NCBI RefSeq assembly: GCF_009834535.1
Contig: NC_045696.1
Location: 64,792,001 to 64,856,000, forward strand
Direction: 5' to 3'
Origin: Camelus ferus
Lineage: Eukaryota
Length of the DNA: 64,000 nt
The translations under genes were made by a program, and so were the position numbers. Positions 1-10,625 of the stretch are shown here, piece by piece (position 1 is the stretch's first letter; each line of letters starts with the position of its first letter). Below the pieces are notes generated by a model, which was not told where the DNA came from, did not search any database, and saw only the letters and a list, made by a program, of their open reading frames with translations.

Positions 1-159
1 AACAGATTTCTATGTTTAACGTGAACGGAAATATGTTAAATTACCACTTAAAAATCTCCAAGCTCCCTCATACAATTATTAATTTCTACAAACTGTGAGC
101 AAATAACTCTTCGTAAAATGAAAAATTTAGATACTAAAAATTTAAATAAGTTCACCTAC

Positions 160-238
160 CATTGTTTACTAGGTTCCCTAATCCCTCTCAGAAAGTGATA
201 AATGATTTCATTTTGAAATCATGCTGGTGAGTCACTTG
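160..238 (-). other. Candidate 79-nt internal exon of the - strand transcript, ending in ATG
   Basis: On the - strand, a pyrimidine-rich tract ...tctttctgttttcttattgaccttggaccaaccctAG| precedes it and it ends ...acaATG|GTAGGT. Motif evidence only. Confidence 0.3.
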
Positions 239-1134
239 CTAGGGTTGGTCCAAGGTCAATAAGAAAACAGAAAGACTGTCTAACTTAAAAAAGAATCTTA
301 ATTAGAGACAGATAATGTAATTTAAAAATTGGTCATTATATAATAGTGCATCTTCAGTTTAAAATTTAAAAATATGGTTGCCAGTAAAAATGTGATTTTG
401 GCTTATGTAATAATATGCAGAAAGCAGAAAATTGGAAAGTTTTGCTTAAACTAACATATGCCATTTCCCTGTTGTCCATTGTGCTCCTGGCTACTACTAT
501 CTGCTGGTTTTGTTTTGTCTTGCTTTTGGATGTTATGGTGCGTGTAAAAAATGCAGTCTCCTTAGGTACTGTCTCAGATACTTTAGGAAGACTACATCTA
601 ACGTATCTCAGGCAGTTGGATGTCACCTTAGGAGTTGCTTTAACAAGCATGTCCATCAAAGTCCTGATAACGTTAAGAATCTTTGTTTTTTAAACTAAAT
701 CTGAGTAATACAATTCCATTGATTAACTCCCTTTTATATCTACTTTAATCAAATGTCCATAATATGTAATTAAGAAAATATTTGGCATCGAAATGTTATG
801 TGCTCTCTTTGGTTTAATCTGAACTCATCTGATAGTCCAATAACAACCAAAAAAATCTATAAATGTGATCCCCCAGTTCTTTTATCAAGTACTATGATGA
901 TCTACTTTCTTTGTGATGAATACACCTGACCATTAGAATCACTGTGACAGCCACTTAAAGACAGCAGGCCATGTGAATATTAATTGTGACAGTGTTGGCT
1001 TTTCTGCTGTTTTCTAAGGGTTTATAGTTCTCTTGAGGGGACAGAAGATTCACAGGTAAAGCCTTCCTAAAATCAAATAAAAAGGCCCCTGTGTTAGACC
1101 ACTAAGGAGTGCCTAGAACCCAGTTAGGCAGTTG

Positions 1135-1290
1135 ATAATAGCACCTTATCTTGTGAAAACAATTACAGTCTTCAAAGCTCTTCACATGTGTCAAGTCACT
1201 GAATCCTTGCAACAACCTTGCCAGGGAGGCAGAAAGTATTATAAATATGAAAATTGATGCGCCAGAGGTCATGTGTGTTTTGAATCATAC
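1135..1290 (-). mobile_element. MIR SINE fragment (degraded)
   Basis: aatccttgcaacaaccttg...atatgaaaattgatgcgccagaggt resembles the reverse MIR core. Confidence 0.55.
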
Positions 1291-2257
1291 ATGGACCTGC
1301 TTGCTCTGCTCTAGTTCCTTGGGGAACTGGGGCCTCATCCTATTCCTTTGCTACGTTTCAAGGAATAGCATCTCTCTCAAAGTAAAAAACAGCTCCATGC
1401 ATTGGGTTCCAGGGCAGAAGAGCTCTGCCGGAAAGCTCTCTGCCTCTGCTGCAGCAGGAAGGACTATTTTTGGATGTTTTCCTTTTGCTAATTATCTCTC
1501 CATCCGTGGGGAATTTCTATAGGTAAAATCCCCAGATGAACCAAGTTTCTCACTAATTCCCGCAGAGACCGGGAAGACAAAGGCCATAGCCCAGTGTGCC
1601 CTGGGGCCTCAGAACCTCTCCAGTGGTGACAGTATGGTGGCTTCAGAGAGTTCTTCAAGGACCATGGAGCCTACAAAGCTTTGGTGTTCGCATGAACAAT
1701 GGGGCTAAGGGGCCACTGGAAGGAAGGCCTGGACATACCTCCTTGAGTCGTGGAACCACCCCAAATGACCTTGCCTGGAGCTCAGTTATGGAAAGAGTTA
1801 AGAGAATGTGGAACCAATGGTGGCTGAGGGCTCAAGAGGCCCCCATGGTGTTCTGACTTTCCTCCATCACCTCTAAGAGGAAAAAGGAAGAGACTTCTGA
1901 AAGAGTATTTTTCCAGGCAACTTCAACCTTAAGCTTCAAGCTCCGGGGAACCCCACAGGAACTGTGAAGGATTAGCCTAGAGAAAAGAAAGAGAAAAGGG
2001 GTGATGAGAACCATTTTTATTCCCTTGCTGGGAAGAGCTAACCAGCTAGTGCCAGGTGGCCTGGGTACGAGGGGTAGAAAGAAGGTATAGTAAGTTTTTG
2101 GCTCAGTGTCAGTGTAAATCTAACAGGTTTTGTGCAGTGAACTACCTGGGGACCTGGTGAGTTCTCTGCCACCCGAACTGTTCCAGCAGAAATGTGGACT
2201 CTGGTATGGAAATTGTCATTTATGGGAAAGTGGAAAATTCTGCAGGTGGAGGGATAA

Positions 2258-2495
2258 GTAATAATAACTGCTAACACTGTTACAGGACTTATTGTGTACC
2301 AAGGTTTTTGTTTTTGTTTTTTTTTTGTTTTTTTAATCACTCAACAAGGGATAAATAAGGTGGATGCTATTATTAACTGTCCTTTAGGGACAAGGAAACT
2401 GAGGCACAAAGAGGTTAAGAGATTTGTTCAAGGTCACACAGCTAGTAGGGATTTTCACTTTGGCTGCTTGTCTCTAGCATGGGTGCTTTTAACCT
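2258..2495 (-). mobile_element. MIR SINE
   Basis: aaggaaactgaggcacaaagaggttaagagatttgttcaaggtcacacagctagt matches the reverse MIR core. Confidence 0.85.
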
Positions 2496-2622
2496 CTTGC
2501 TGTATTGCTGTGCCCTCTAAGTCCTTTCTTGAAATTCCAGATAGGGTGGAGTCTGGTCCCATTGCCAGCATTCTTTGTATGCTTCACTCATAAAACCTCC
2601 AAAAGGGTATTGATGGCTCCTG

Positions 2623-2730
2623 GAAAGGAAAGAAGGAAGGAGGGAAGGATGGAGGGAGTGAGGGAAGGAAGGAAGGAAGGAGGCAGGAAAGAAGGAAAGA
2701 AAGAAAAAGAGAAAGAAAGAAAAAGGAAGC
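2623..2730. repeat. GA-rich (GGAA/GAAA)n low-complexity tract
   Basis: Directly visible, nearly purine-only run. Confidence 0.95.
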
Positions 2731-2987
2731 CAAGGAGTTGCTGATGGAAAAAAAAAAAAAAGAGACCTGTGGACTAACAGGGAAGCTCATCGGTCATTCT
2801 TGGGGGCCTGTTTTCATATTTCCCGCCTCATCTTCTCCTTCTATACCTCTAGCCTTCGCTTCTGGTCTCCCTTACCCCACCATGCACCTGTCTTCCCATA
2901 GCACCTGTGCTAAGCTTTTCCAGAAGACTGGGAGGCACGGGGACAAACAAGCAGCTGCCACGTCTCTATTCTGCACCCTCTTCCCCG

Positions 2988-3087
2988 CCCTGATTTACAG
3001 ACGAGAAAAGTGACGCTCAGAGTGGTATGTGACTTACCCAAGGTCACAGAGCCCCGATCATAAAATCCAGGTGTCCAGATTCCCACC
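2988..3087 (-). mobile_element. MIR core at the left edge of the CpG island
   Basis: atttacagacgagaaaagtgacgctcagagtggtatgtgacttacccaaggtcacagagc; CpGs retained. Confidence 0.85.
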
Positions 3088-3545
3088 TCAGCGCCCCGCC
3101 CACGCTTAGGCACACCTTCCCTGTCTGCGCCGTACCCAAGAGCTTTCTTAATTCCACATCCCCGCCTCCCCACCCCCCAGTTCCCGGGAGTCGCTTCTGA
3201 CGCTCGGCAGCCTCCAGGGTCCAGCCCTTCCTGCGGGCGCTTCCCTTCCGCCGGATTCCCACGCCGGAGTCGCCCTCGGCCCGCGCGCAGCCCGCGGGAG
3301 CGCTGCCTGCCGGGCCCCGGGAGCCCCTCTCTGCGCCCCGTAGCCCCGCACAGCGGGGGCACTGAGGCGGGCTGGCTCCTGTGCTCACCGCCCGACGCGG
3401 AGAATAGGAGCTGAGGGGGTTGCCCCAAACCCTCAGGCCAGAAGCCCAGGGCCCGCAGGGACCCCGCCGTCGCCCCTCCGGGCACAGGCACCTGGAAAGG
3501 GGCTCCAGCCCACGATGACGTCCTCCGCGTAGCCGGTGCGCTCAC

Positions 3546-3700
3546 CCTCCCGCCCGCAGCCGGGCCGCCACCTTCGGGAAGTCCCAAAGTATCGCGGTCG
3601 AGCCCGCAGGGGTGGGGCCGCGCCTCCGGCTCCCTCGCGGGGCTGCCCAGCCGGGCGGCACATCCACCCCATCGCCCTGCCCCGGCCCTGCGCCCCCCGC
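3546..3700 (-). other. Candidate first exon of a - strand gene (5' end undefined)
   Basis: Donor AGG|GTGAGC with the intron starting at 3545; second donor GCG|GTGAGC at 3388. Lies within the CpG island. Confidence 0.45.
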
Positions 3701-4229
3701 GCTCCTGCCCGGCCCTGGCCCGGGCCCGGCCGACGTGCAAACTGCTCTGCGCCCGGGACGCGCGCACCATGGATTCGGGACACGACTTCCCAAGACGGCA
3801 GGCCGCCTTTTGGTTGGACAATTAGCAGAGGTGGGCGGGGAGTTGACGGACCCCACCACGCGCTTCTCCATGAAGATTCTTGAGCTTTCTTTGAAGAAAG
3901 GAGTGCATATGCTGCAGTGTCTCTGTGGAAGGAACCTGAGGTCCAGCAACAGCCTAAGTGGTGAGAAAATGTTCTTTCCTTAGCCCTAAACGTGCAGATG
4001 CCCACCCCGCTTCCCTCCTCCTGGCCCCCTCTCTGCCTCCCCCTTTCCCCTCCTCTATTCAGCTCTGTAAGTGAAGGAAGGAAGGCTTTTCCTTTCTGGG
4101 GCGAGATAATGGCCCCGCCGCCGGTTCTGTCTTTGGATTTTTTTTTTCCTCTTAAATCCCTGAAGTCATCCGCGTTTTATAGAACGCTTTCGCTGTCACC
4201 CATCGCCTGAGCTGGAACCTGCGGGTCTC

Positions 4230-4451
4230 TTTCCGAGGGGTGCTTACAGTGACCTGCTTTCGCACTTCCTCGCGGCTCTCTCCTTGTGACTTGCGAGGGC
4301 GGCGTGCGACTTGGAGTTGCTCAGTCTCCTCTTGAGAAGTTGCTGGTGCGTTCGACAGGAGAGGGGACTTTTGAACAGGTGGCTGGCAAGGCAGGTATCT
4401 TTTCTTTTTCTTGCTTTGTCTGAAAAGTAGACATCTGGCCGTCGACAGAGG
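4230..4451 (+). other. Candidate first exon of a + strand transcript (non-coding 5' exon or divergent lncRNA)
   Basis: Second CpG lobe with donors CAG|GTATCT (4395), AGG|GTACGT (4452) and GGT|GTAAGT (4734), followed by T-rich intron-like sequence. Confidence 0.4.
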
Positions 4452-5589
4452 GTACGTTTCGCACTGGAGAGCAAGCAATTTCTGAACTGATGCTGAAACA
4501 GGAGTTCCAATTAGTCCTGGGCTTAAACCTACCAGGTCCCTCAGGAAGAGCCCAGGGAGGGAAGGAAAGAAAATCACACCGTTTTAATGACCTGCGATAT
4601 TGAGAAAAACGATTTAAGTTTTAATGGGGAAAAAAGAAACCCTACAGCCAAATAAGTATGGTTCTTTTCTGCTGTTCTGTTGGAGATCTGTTTCACCACA
4701 CTTTCCATTGTCCATCGCTCTCTTTTTTAAGGTGTAAGTTCCCTTTAAAGTCGTTTTGTCCATTAATCTTGTGAGTACTAATCCAGTTTTTGGTTTTCTG
4801 TTTACAAAATGGGGGTGGGGCGTGAGGAGAGAGGAAAGGTGCCTCTGTGGTGTCCGAACCAGCGTCATTTTGTAAAATATTTTTTTTGGTCCATAAGTTC
4901 CAAATAACTTTAATGTTCAGAAATTTAACAGTATTATAATAGGCTTCATGTTTAAAACTTAATATGTTATTCTGGGGGATCTGATTCATTTCGTTAAGTA
5001 CCTATTTTCAGTCTGTGCTCGAGCTATGAAGATTATATTTGGAAAGATTAGAATATATATACATTTCATTCATCCTTTCTAACACTTTGATTTTTGGCTT
5101 GCCACTTGAAATGAAAAATAAAACTATTTTAAAAGAACGAATTAGATAATTTAACTCCATGTGAAATATGAGAACATACACTTTTGAAATGAAATCAGTA
5201 ATGAGATCTCATGTTTTTACTTCTGTTCAATTCAGAAGATTATTTAGACAGTATCTTTTTTGCCACCATATTTATTAGTGCTGAAAGGTATCAGTCCACT
5301 ATATTCTAGACTAATGTGCTTGACATTGAAGTTTTGTTTTGAAAATACTTATTTCAGGAAGCTAATAGAGATGTATGTTAATATTATTTCAGTCTTACTT
5401 GTCTCTATTAAATAAAACATGAATAGATTGTAACTTGGATGTATGTTTCTTAGATGTGAAAAATTTTAAGTTCTGTATGGTATGTAATAAAGACCTCTTG
5501 TAAAATAGATAACATGCTAATTTACATGCAGGGTCAGTCTTTCAAATAGTAGCAGATCCAAATAGTGATAACGAGTGACGGAGAAGCAT

Positions 5590-6150
5590 ACGTTGTGGTA
5601 AAATCATGGGACTTAGGGTCAGAAGACCTAGTTACAAAGCACTCGCAGTAAAATTACTGAGAATCTTTTAAACTCAGTATCTTCATCTGGACAAAGTGGA
5701 AATAATGATAGCTCCAGCCCGGTCCTTATTTCTTGTTTGATCCTAGGTTTATCATGTGATCTGTGAACACTGTTGCATTTTATATACAATTTTGAGTTTG
5801 TGGGGTAGTTGGTTATTTTAGGGTACTATCACACGAGGAGAATGCTTATAAAATGGTATAGTCACAAGCTGTGGAGATGAAGGTTCCTTTACAGACAGAT
5901 GTATAGAGTTGCCAAAAGATTGTTTCTGGGAACTACATTGCTTTTGTTTGAACTGTGGTTTTTTTCTTAGTTTATAATCTTGGATAACTTACATGACCTT
6001 GCTGTTGCTCAATTTATGCATAAATATAAATTACTTTGGTAATAGTGCTTACCTTATAGGTTGTGGTAAAGATGAAATGACTTAATAACGGCCAAAGATT
6101 TATTGAGCTCTTACTCTATGCCAGGAATTGTTCTAAGGACTTTTGAGTCT
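5590..6150 (+). mobile_element. Cluster of degraded MIR fragments
   Basis: ctcagtatcttcatctgg..aagtggaaataatgatag; taccttataggttgtggtaaagatgaaatga; followed by a reverse MIR tail atttattgagctcttactctatgccagg. Confidence 0.6.
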
Positions 6151-8464
6151 ACTGTATACAACATGCTGGGTACATTTTAGATATTATTATTATTGCGTTC
6201 CATTTTAAAGTGATTTCTTTCATATGGCTTGTGTCCTTAGTACGAACAACATCACAGTAAATCTGCATGAAATGTTGTTAGGCTCAGTTTGTGAATGCAA
6301 ATTGAGGCAAAGACATCATATACAGTTTCATGGAGTAAATTTATAAAAAGAGGGCACAATTTAAAAATTTTAAACTTACCTAAAGAGTAATACAATATTA
6401 TTTTGAACTGTATTAACAGGGAGTAAAAGTTTTATGCAAGCTACTTCTGCCCCATTATTTTACATTTGAGGAAAGTAAGGTCCACAGGAGAGAAGTGACA
6501 TAATTTGTTATAAGAGGTTAAAAGGTTCTCCTCATGGATTGCTGAACTTTTGGAATTGTAAATATTTCAGTTTTTGCCATGCAAAAATATTTGCCAGTAT
6601 TTTATTTAGGTTTTATTAAATAAATTGGATTAAGAAAATACGAAATGATTGTTGCTAACTCTTGAGATTCTTAGTATAATTAAAATAGTTTACTATTCTT
6701 GTCTTTCCTCCTCAGTATCAAATATTAATACATTATCTAATTTATCCATTATATTAGTTTCTAAATCCTTTATACTTCAGTAGAATGGAGATATCATAAG
6801 CAATCAAATAGAAGACAATCTTGGACAAGATTAAATGAATTGTTCAAGGTTATTTCCTGGTCTCTTACAATCCTTTTTTTTCCCCATTTCTCAAAATAAA
6901 ATTTACTTTTTCTTAGTGTTTTTGTTTTCATGTGGCGCCTAGATATTAAAAAAAAAACAAGTAACAAGTTTAAAATTCTAAGCAGTTCTGCTCAGAGTAT
7001 TGGCACTTTTATTAACCTGATAAAATACTATGTTTTCAGTTTGGAGACCGTAAGGCAGATTCATTTTTCTCTAGAGATGCGACCTTTACAAAGAAATGCA
7101 CGCTCACACAAGAGCAGGGATTAAAGACAGTAGCTGTAATACCTGCTCGGGTCCTTCTCAAGATCTAGTTGGGAGGAAAGCGGAAATGTTCTATCAGAGA
7201 AGGGTGTTAAGGTTACAGGTTTCTCGTCACTTCAGCAGGAGAGACCATTCTAATGTTGCAGAAGAAGGAGGCTCCTGAGAAAGTTCCAGCAGGCATCACC
7301 CTGAAGGGGAGGGCAGCACTTTGGTAGCAGGTCCCGAAGGTTCTAGTGATGTAAGCGTGTGCGTGTGGACGCGCGTGCGTGCACAGCTGGGGCGGGGAGG
7401 TGCTGGGCTTGTCTAACCACCCTAAGCTGTTCCAGAAAATCAGCCGTTAGCCTCTCTTTCTGTATACAGTCATAATAACTCTTCTGTGATAGTCAGTTAG
7501 GGGCTACTCAGCCTGGTAGCATGGAAGGTTAGCAGATGTCTAGAGATTGAGCTATGCAGTCACATCAAGCCGCCTGGCTGTGGGAATGAAAACACCCTAG
7601 GCAAAAATAATTTATCCATCTTCATAAAAACACAGAACCCAAACCCTGCCTCTCCCTTCCTTTCCAGGATAGCGCTGACATCTAAATTGAAACTGCACTT
7701 ACAATCACGTTGCATCAGCTAGTGTGTATCTAAGGGCTGCGGGCTTTAACTACTCAACAGGACAGTCAGGTGATCCAAGACAGAGTGTTTGACTGCAAAG
7801 TGGAGATTGCTTTAAGCTTATTTCCCAGAAAGGGATCCTCTACAAAGATAGCAGTAGACAGTTGTTTTCAGCTCCAACCTACCTTTACTTCTTTACTTTT
7901 TCTTCAGAGATGTAGGTAACAGATGCCCTCTGAAACTGGGACAGATGACAATAATGTATTTAAAAATTGAGGATATTTTAGATTCAAATTCAATCTTCAG
8001 AAATCCACCAGATCAAAAAACAGATGACAAAACCCACCGTTTGAAGCCATGTACTCAGTTGTTCACACTGTTTTAATTTTGAAAATGGGTGATTTCAGTG
8101 AGTAACTTCCTTCAGTTATCCAATCTGGGAAAACTATGTTAAAGAATAATTGCCAATTTATATGTGGCAACTTCCTTTGCTGTAGAATGTTTCTTTGAGC
8201 TGCTTTTAATGTCATAAGCTTAGAATTCTTCACTATTTTAATATTGCTCCCATGGCTAAAATGAATATGAATCATAAAGTGTACAAAATGATCATTGCTT
8301 TCTTATGGCTTTCATTTTCAAAGTGATTTCTGTTATTTTACATGACATTTTCAGTGTTAATGTCAGAAAATTCAAGAAGTTAGTGCTTTTTATTAGCTCA
8401 TTTGTGTTACGGAACTTGAGAAAAGCAGTTTGCCAAGTGCCTGCTATGTGCAAAATTAGTAGGT

Positions 8465-8838
8465 GTCATTACTGTTCGTTCACCCAATATTTTGGGTTCT
8501 CTTGGGCATACTGCAGGATGGCATTACCCCCTTCCCTTGAACTTAGGTGTCACCATATGCCTTGCATTAACGAATGAAATGTGAACAGAAGTGTTGCTCC
8601 TCTCTTCCATGTGGATATAGCTTTAATAGCCAGAGCACAGTTCACCTCAGGCTCTGACCTTCTGATGATGTTCAAGGTAGTGATTTCTCCATCAGTCTGT
8701 GTCCCTGAGTGTCTGTAGTAATACAGCCCTGCTATGCGACCCGTGATGGACATTTAGCACAAATGAGAAGTTAAAATTTCTTTTTGTGAGTAACTTAGAT
8801 TTTTAAGGTCATTTGGTATCTGGCTAATCTTGATTGAC
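8465..8838 (+). mobile_element. MaLR LTR (MLT1I/J-like)
   Basis: aatgaaatgtgaacagaagtg...gctttaatagccagagcac...ctccatcagtctgtgtccctgagtg...gatggacatttagcacaaatgagaag. Confidence 0.75.
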
Positions 8839-9079
8839 GTGGTAAGGCAGGACAGTTTAAAATAGTCAAATTTAATGAAAGATTATTGGGCTCTGTTTAA
8901 GGTTCTCTCCAGTCAAACACTTTAATTTCTCCATGATATCATCTGTAGTATATAATGAATTGATGTATTGGCTTCCTTTCATAATCTTTGAATAATTAGT
9001 TTAGCATACCAAAGTATGGGGTTTTGTCATCATCTAGTAAGTTAGTGCTTGTCCTGAGCTAGTGGGTACCTTGCTTCTT

Positions 9080-9455
9080 TTTTCTTAATTACAGATTTAA
9101 AAAAAAATTGTACATTTTTTAAACGTTATGCTTGATTTACAGTTATTATAAAATATTGGCTATATTCGCCATATTATACAATACATCCTTGAGCCTGTCT
9201 TTCACCCAGTAGTTTGTATCTGTCACTCCCCTAAACCTTTATTGCCCCTCCTCCCGACTAGTAACCACTAGTTTGTTCTCTATATGTGTGAGTCTGCTTC
9301 TTTTCTGTTATACTCACTAGTTTGTTGTATTTTTTAGATTCCACATATAAGTGATATCATCCACTATTTGTCTTTCTCTGTCTGACTTATGTCACCTAGT
9401 ATAATACCCTCCAAGTCCGTCCATGTGCTGCAAATGCAGAGTTTTGTTCCTTTTT
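9080..9455 (-). mobile_element. L1 3' end (end of ORF2 plus 3'UTR)
   Basis: ttagattccacatataagtgatatcat...ttgtctttctctgtctgactta...gtccatgtgctgcaaatg. Same family as the + strand copy at 47973. Confidence 0.9.
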
Positions 9456-9965
9456 AGATCAGAGCAGAAATAAATGAAATAGAGACTGAAAAAACAATAG
9501 AAAAGATCAATGAAACTAAAAGCTGGTTCTTTGAAAAGATAAACGAAATTGGTAAACCTTTAGCTAAGACTCATCAAGAAAAAAAGAGAGAGGCCCCAAG
9601 TCAATAAAATCAGAAATGAAAAAGAAGCTAAACCAACCACCACAGAAACACAAAGGATCGTAAGAGACTACTACCAACAACCATATGCAATAAAATGCAC
9701 AACCCAGAAGAAATGAACCAGGACGAAGTAGAAAATATGAACAGACAAATTATCAGTAATTACATTGAATCAGTAATTTAAAAACTCCCAACCAACAAAA
9801 GTTGACGACCAGATGGCTTCACAGGTGAATTCTACCTAACACTTTGAGACAAATTAACACCTATCCTTCTGAAACTATTCCAAAAATCTTGCAGAGGAAG
9901 GATCACTTCCAAACTCATTCTGTAAGGCCAGCATCACCCTGTACCAAAACCAGACAAAGGCACAG
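9456..9965 (+). mobile_element. L1 ORF2 internal fragment, inverted relative to the adjacent 3' end
   Basis: Encodes [29 protein letters not shown]...PDGFTGEFY...LPNSF.KASITL.PKPDK with frameshifts. Confidence 0.92.
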
Positions 9966-10497
9966 GCTTCTTAAATGATGTTTATCTTTTCCCTCAAGAT
10001 GTAATGAAACTCCACTGATGTTTGAAGTTATTCTTTCAAAGTTGTACTTTAATTTCAAGACCCTTAAAGACTCAGGTCTACTTTTCTACTTATCCTGTAA
10101 TGTGGATTATTACCTTTTGTTGCCTCCAAGTTCCTGGAAGAACAAGCCATGTTACCTGAAAAACAGTGCAAATGTGGCAACTCTCATCTCTGCTGCAGTT
10201 TTGCCAAAGGAAAATGCAAATAAAATTGTTTTTCTCTCAGCCTGTAAACTGAGAGCTGTGTACATGGGAAGAAAACCAGGGCAGTGCTTTATGGTGAAGG
10301 GGTGAGCTGAATCTCATCTGGGTCATGGACCAGCAATCCATTTGCCTGGCTCTGGGTTAAGTACAACAAAAGAGAGAAGGCAAGCCATACCTTTCCAGAA
10401 GTCCTGGATACGTGTGTCATGCAACTAACCCTCCATAGTTGGCACTCTTGCCTTCTTTCTGTCTTTATCCATCTTTGGATAGAAAATTAAAGAAACA

Positions 10498-10625
10498 GGG
10501 GGGAGGGTATAGTTCAGTGGTAGAGTGCCTGCGTAGCATGCACAATGTCCTGTGTTCAATCCTCAGTACCACTATTAACAAATAAATAAATACACCTAAT
10601 TAACTGCACCCCCCCCCCCGAAAAA
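10498..10625 (+). mobile_element. tRNA-Ala-derived SINE (camelid vic-1-like)
   Basis: Head ggggagggtatagttcagtggtagagtgc...gttcaatcc, AT-rich and C-rich tail, perfect 17-bp TSD agaaaattaaagaaaca (10481-10497 / 10626-10642). Confidence 0.92.

Larger units (their letters stand above)
3090..4460. promoter_or_regulatory. CpG island, probable bidirectional promoter (lobes ~3090-3870 and ~4100-4460)
   Basis: Very high GC and CpG density against a CpG-depleted background. GC box GGGCGG 3833-3838, ETS-type CACTTCCT 4263-4270, CRE-like TGACGTC 3516-3522, kB site GGGAAGTCCC 3576-3585. Donors face outward on both strands. Confidence 0.9.

Noticed and set aside
366..659. 97-aa - strand ORF with a possible GTTAGT donor at 455 as a coding exon
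   Set aside because: Weak acceptor tracts and no protein I recognise. Splicing to the 238-160 candidate hits an in-frame stop. Not excluded, but unsupported.
3670..3732. C9orf72-like GGGGCC repeat
   Set aside because: Irregular GC-rich sequence, not a hexamer array, and no matching coding exon.
2910..4005. Long overlapping ORFs (303, 190, 135, 123, 115 aa)
   Set aside because: G/R/P/A-rich on both strands, typical of stop-poor CpG islands; no recognisable domain.
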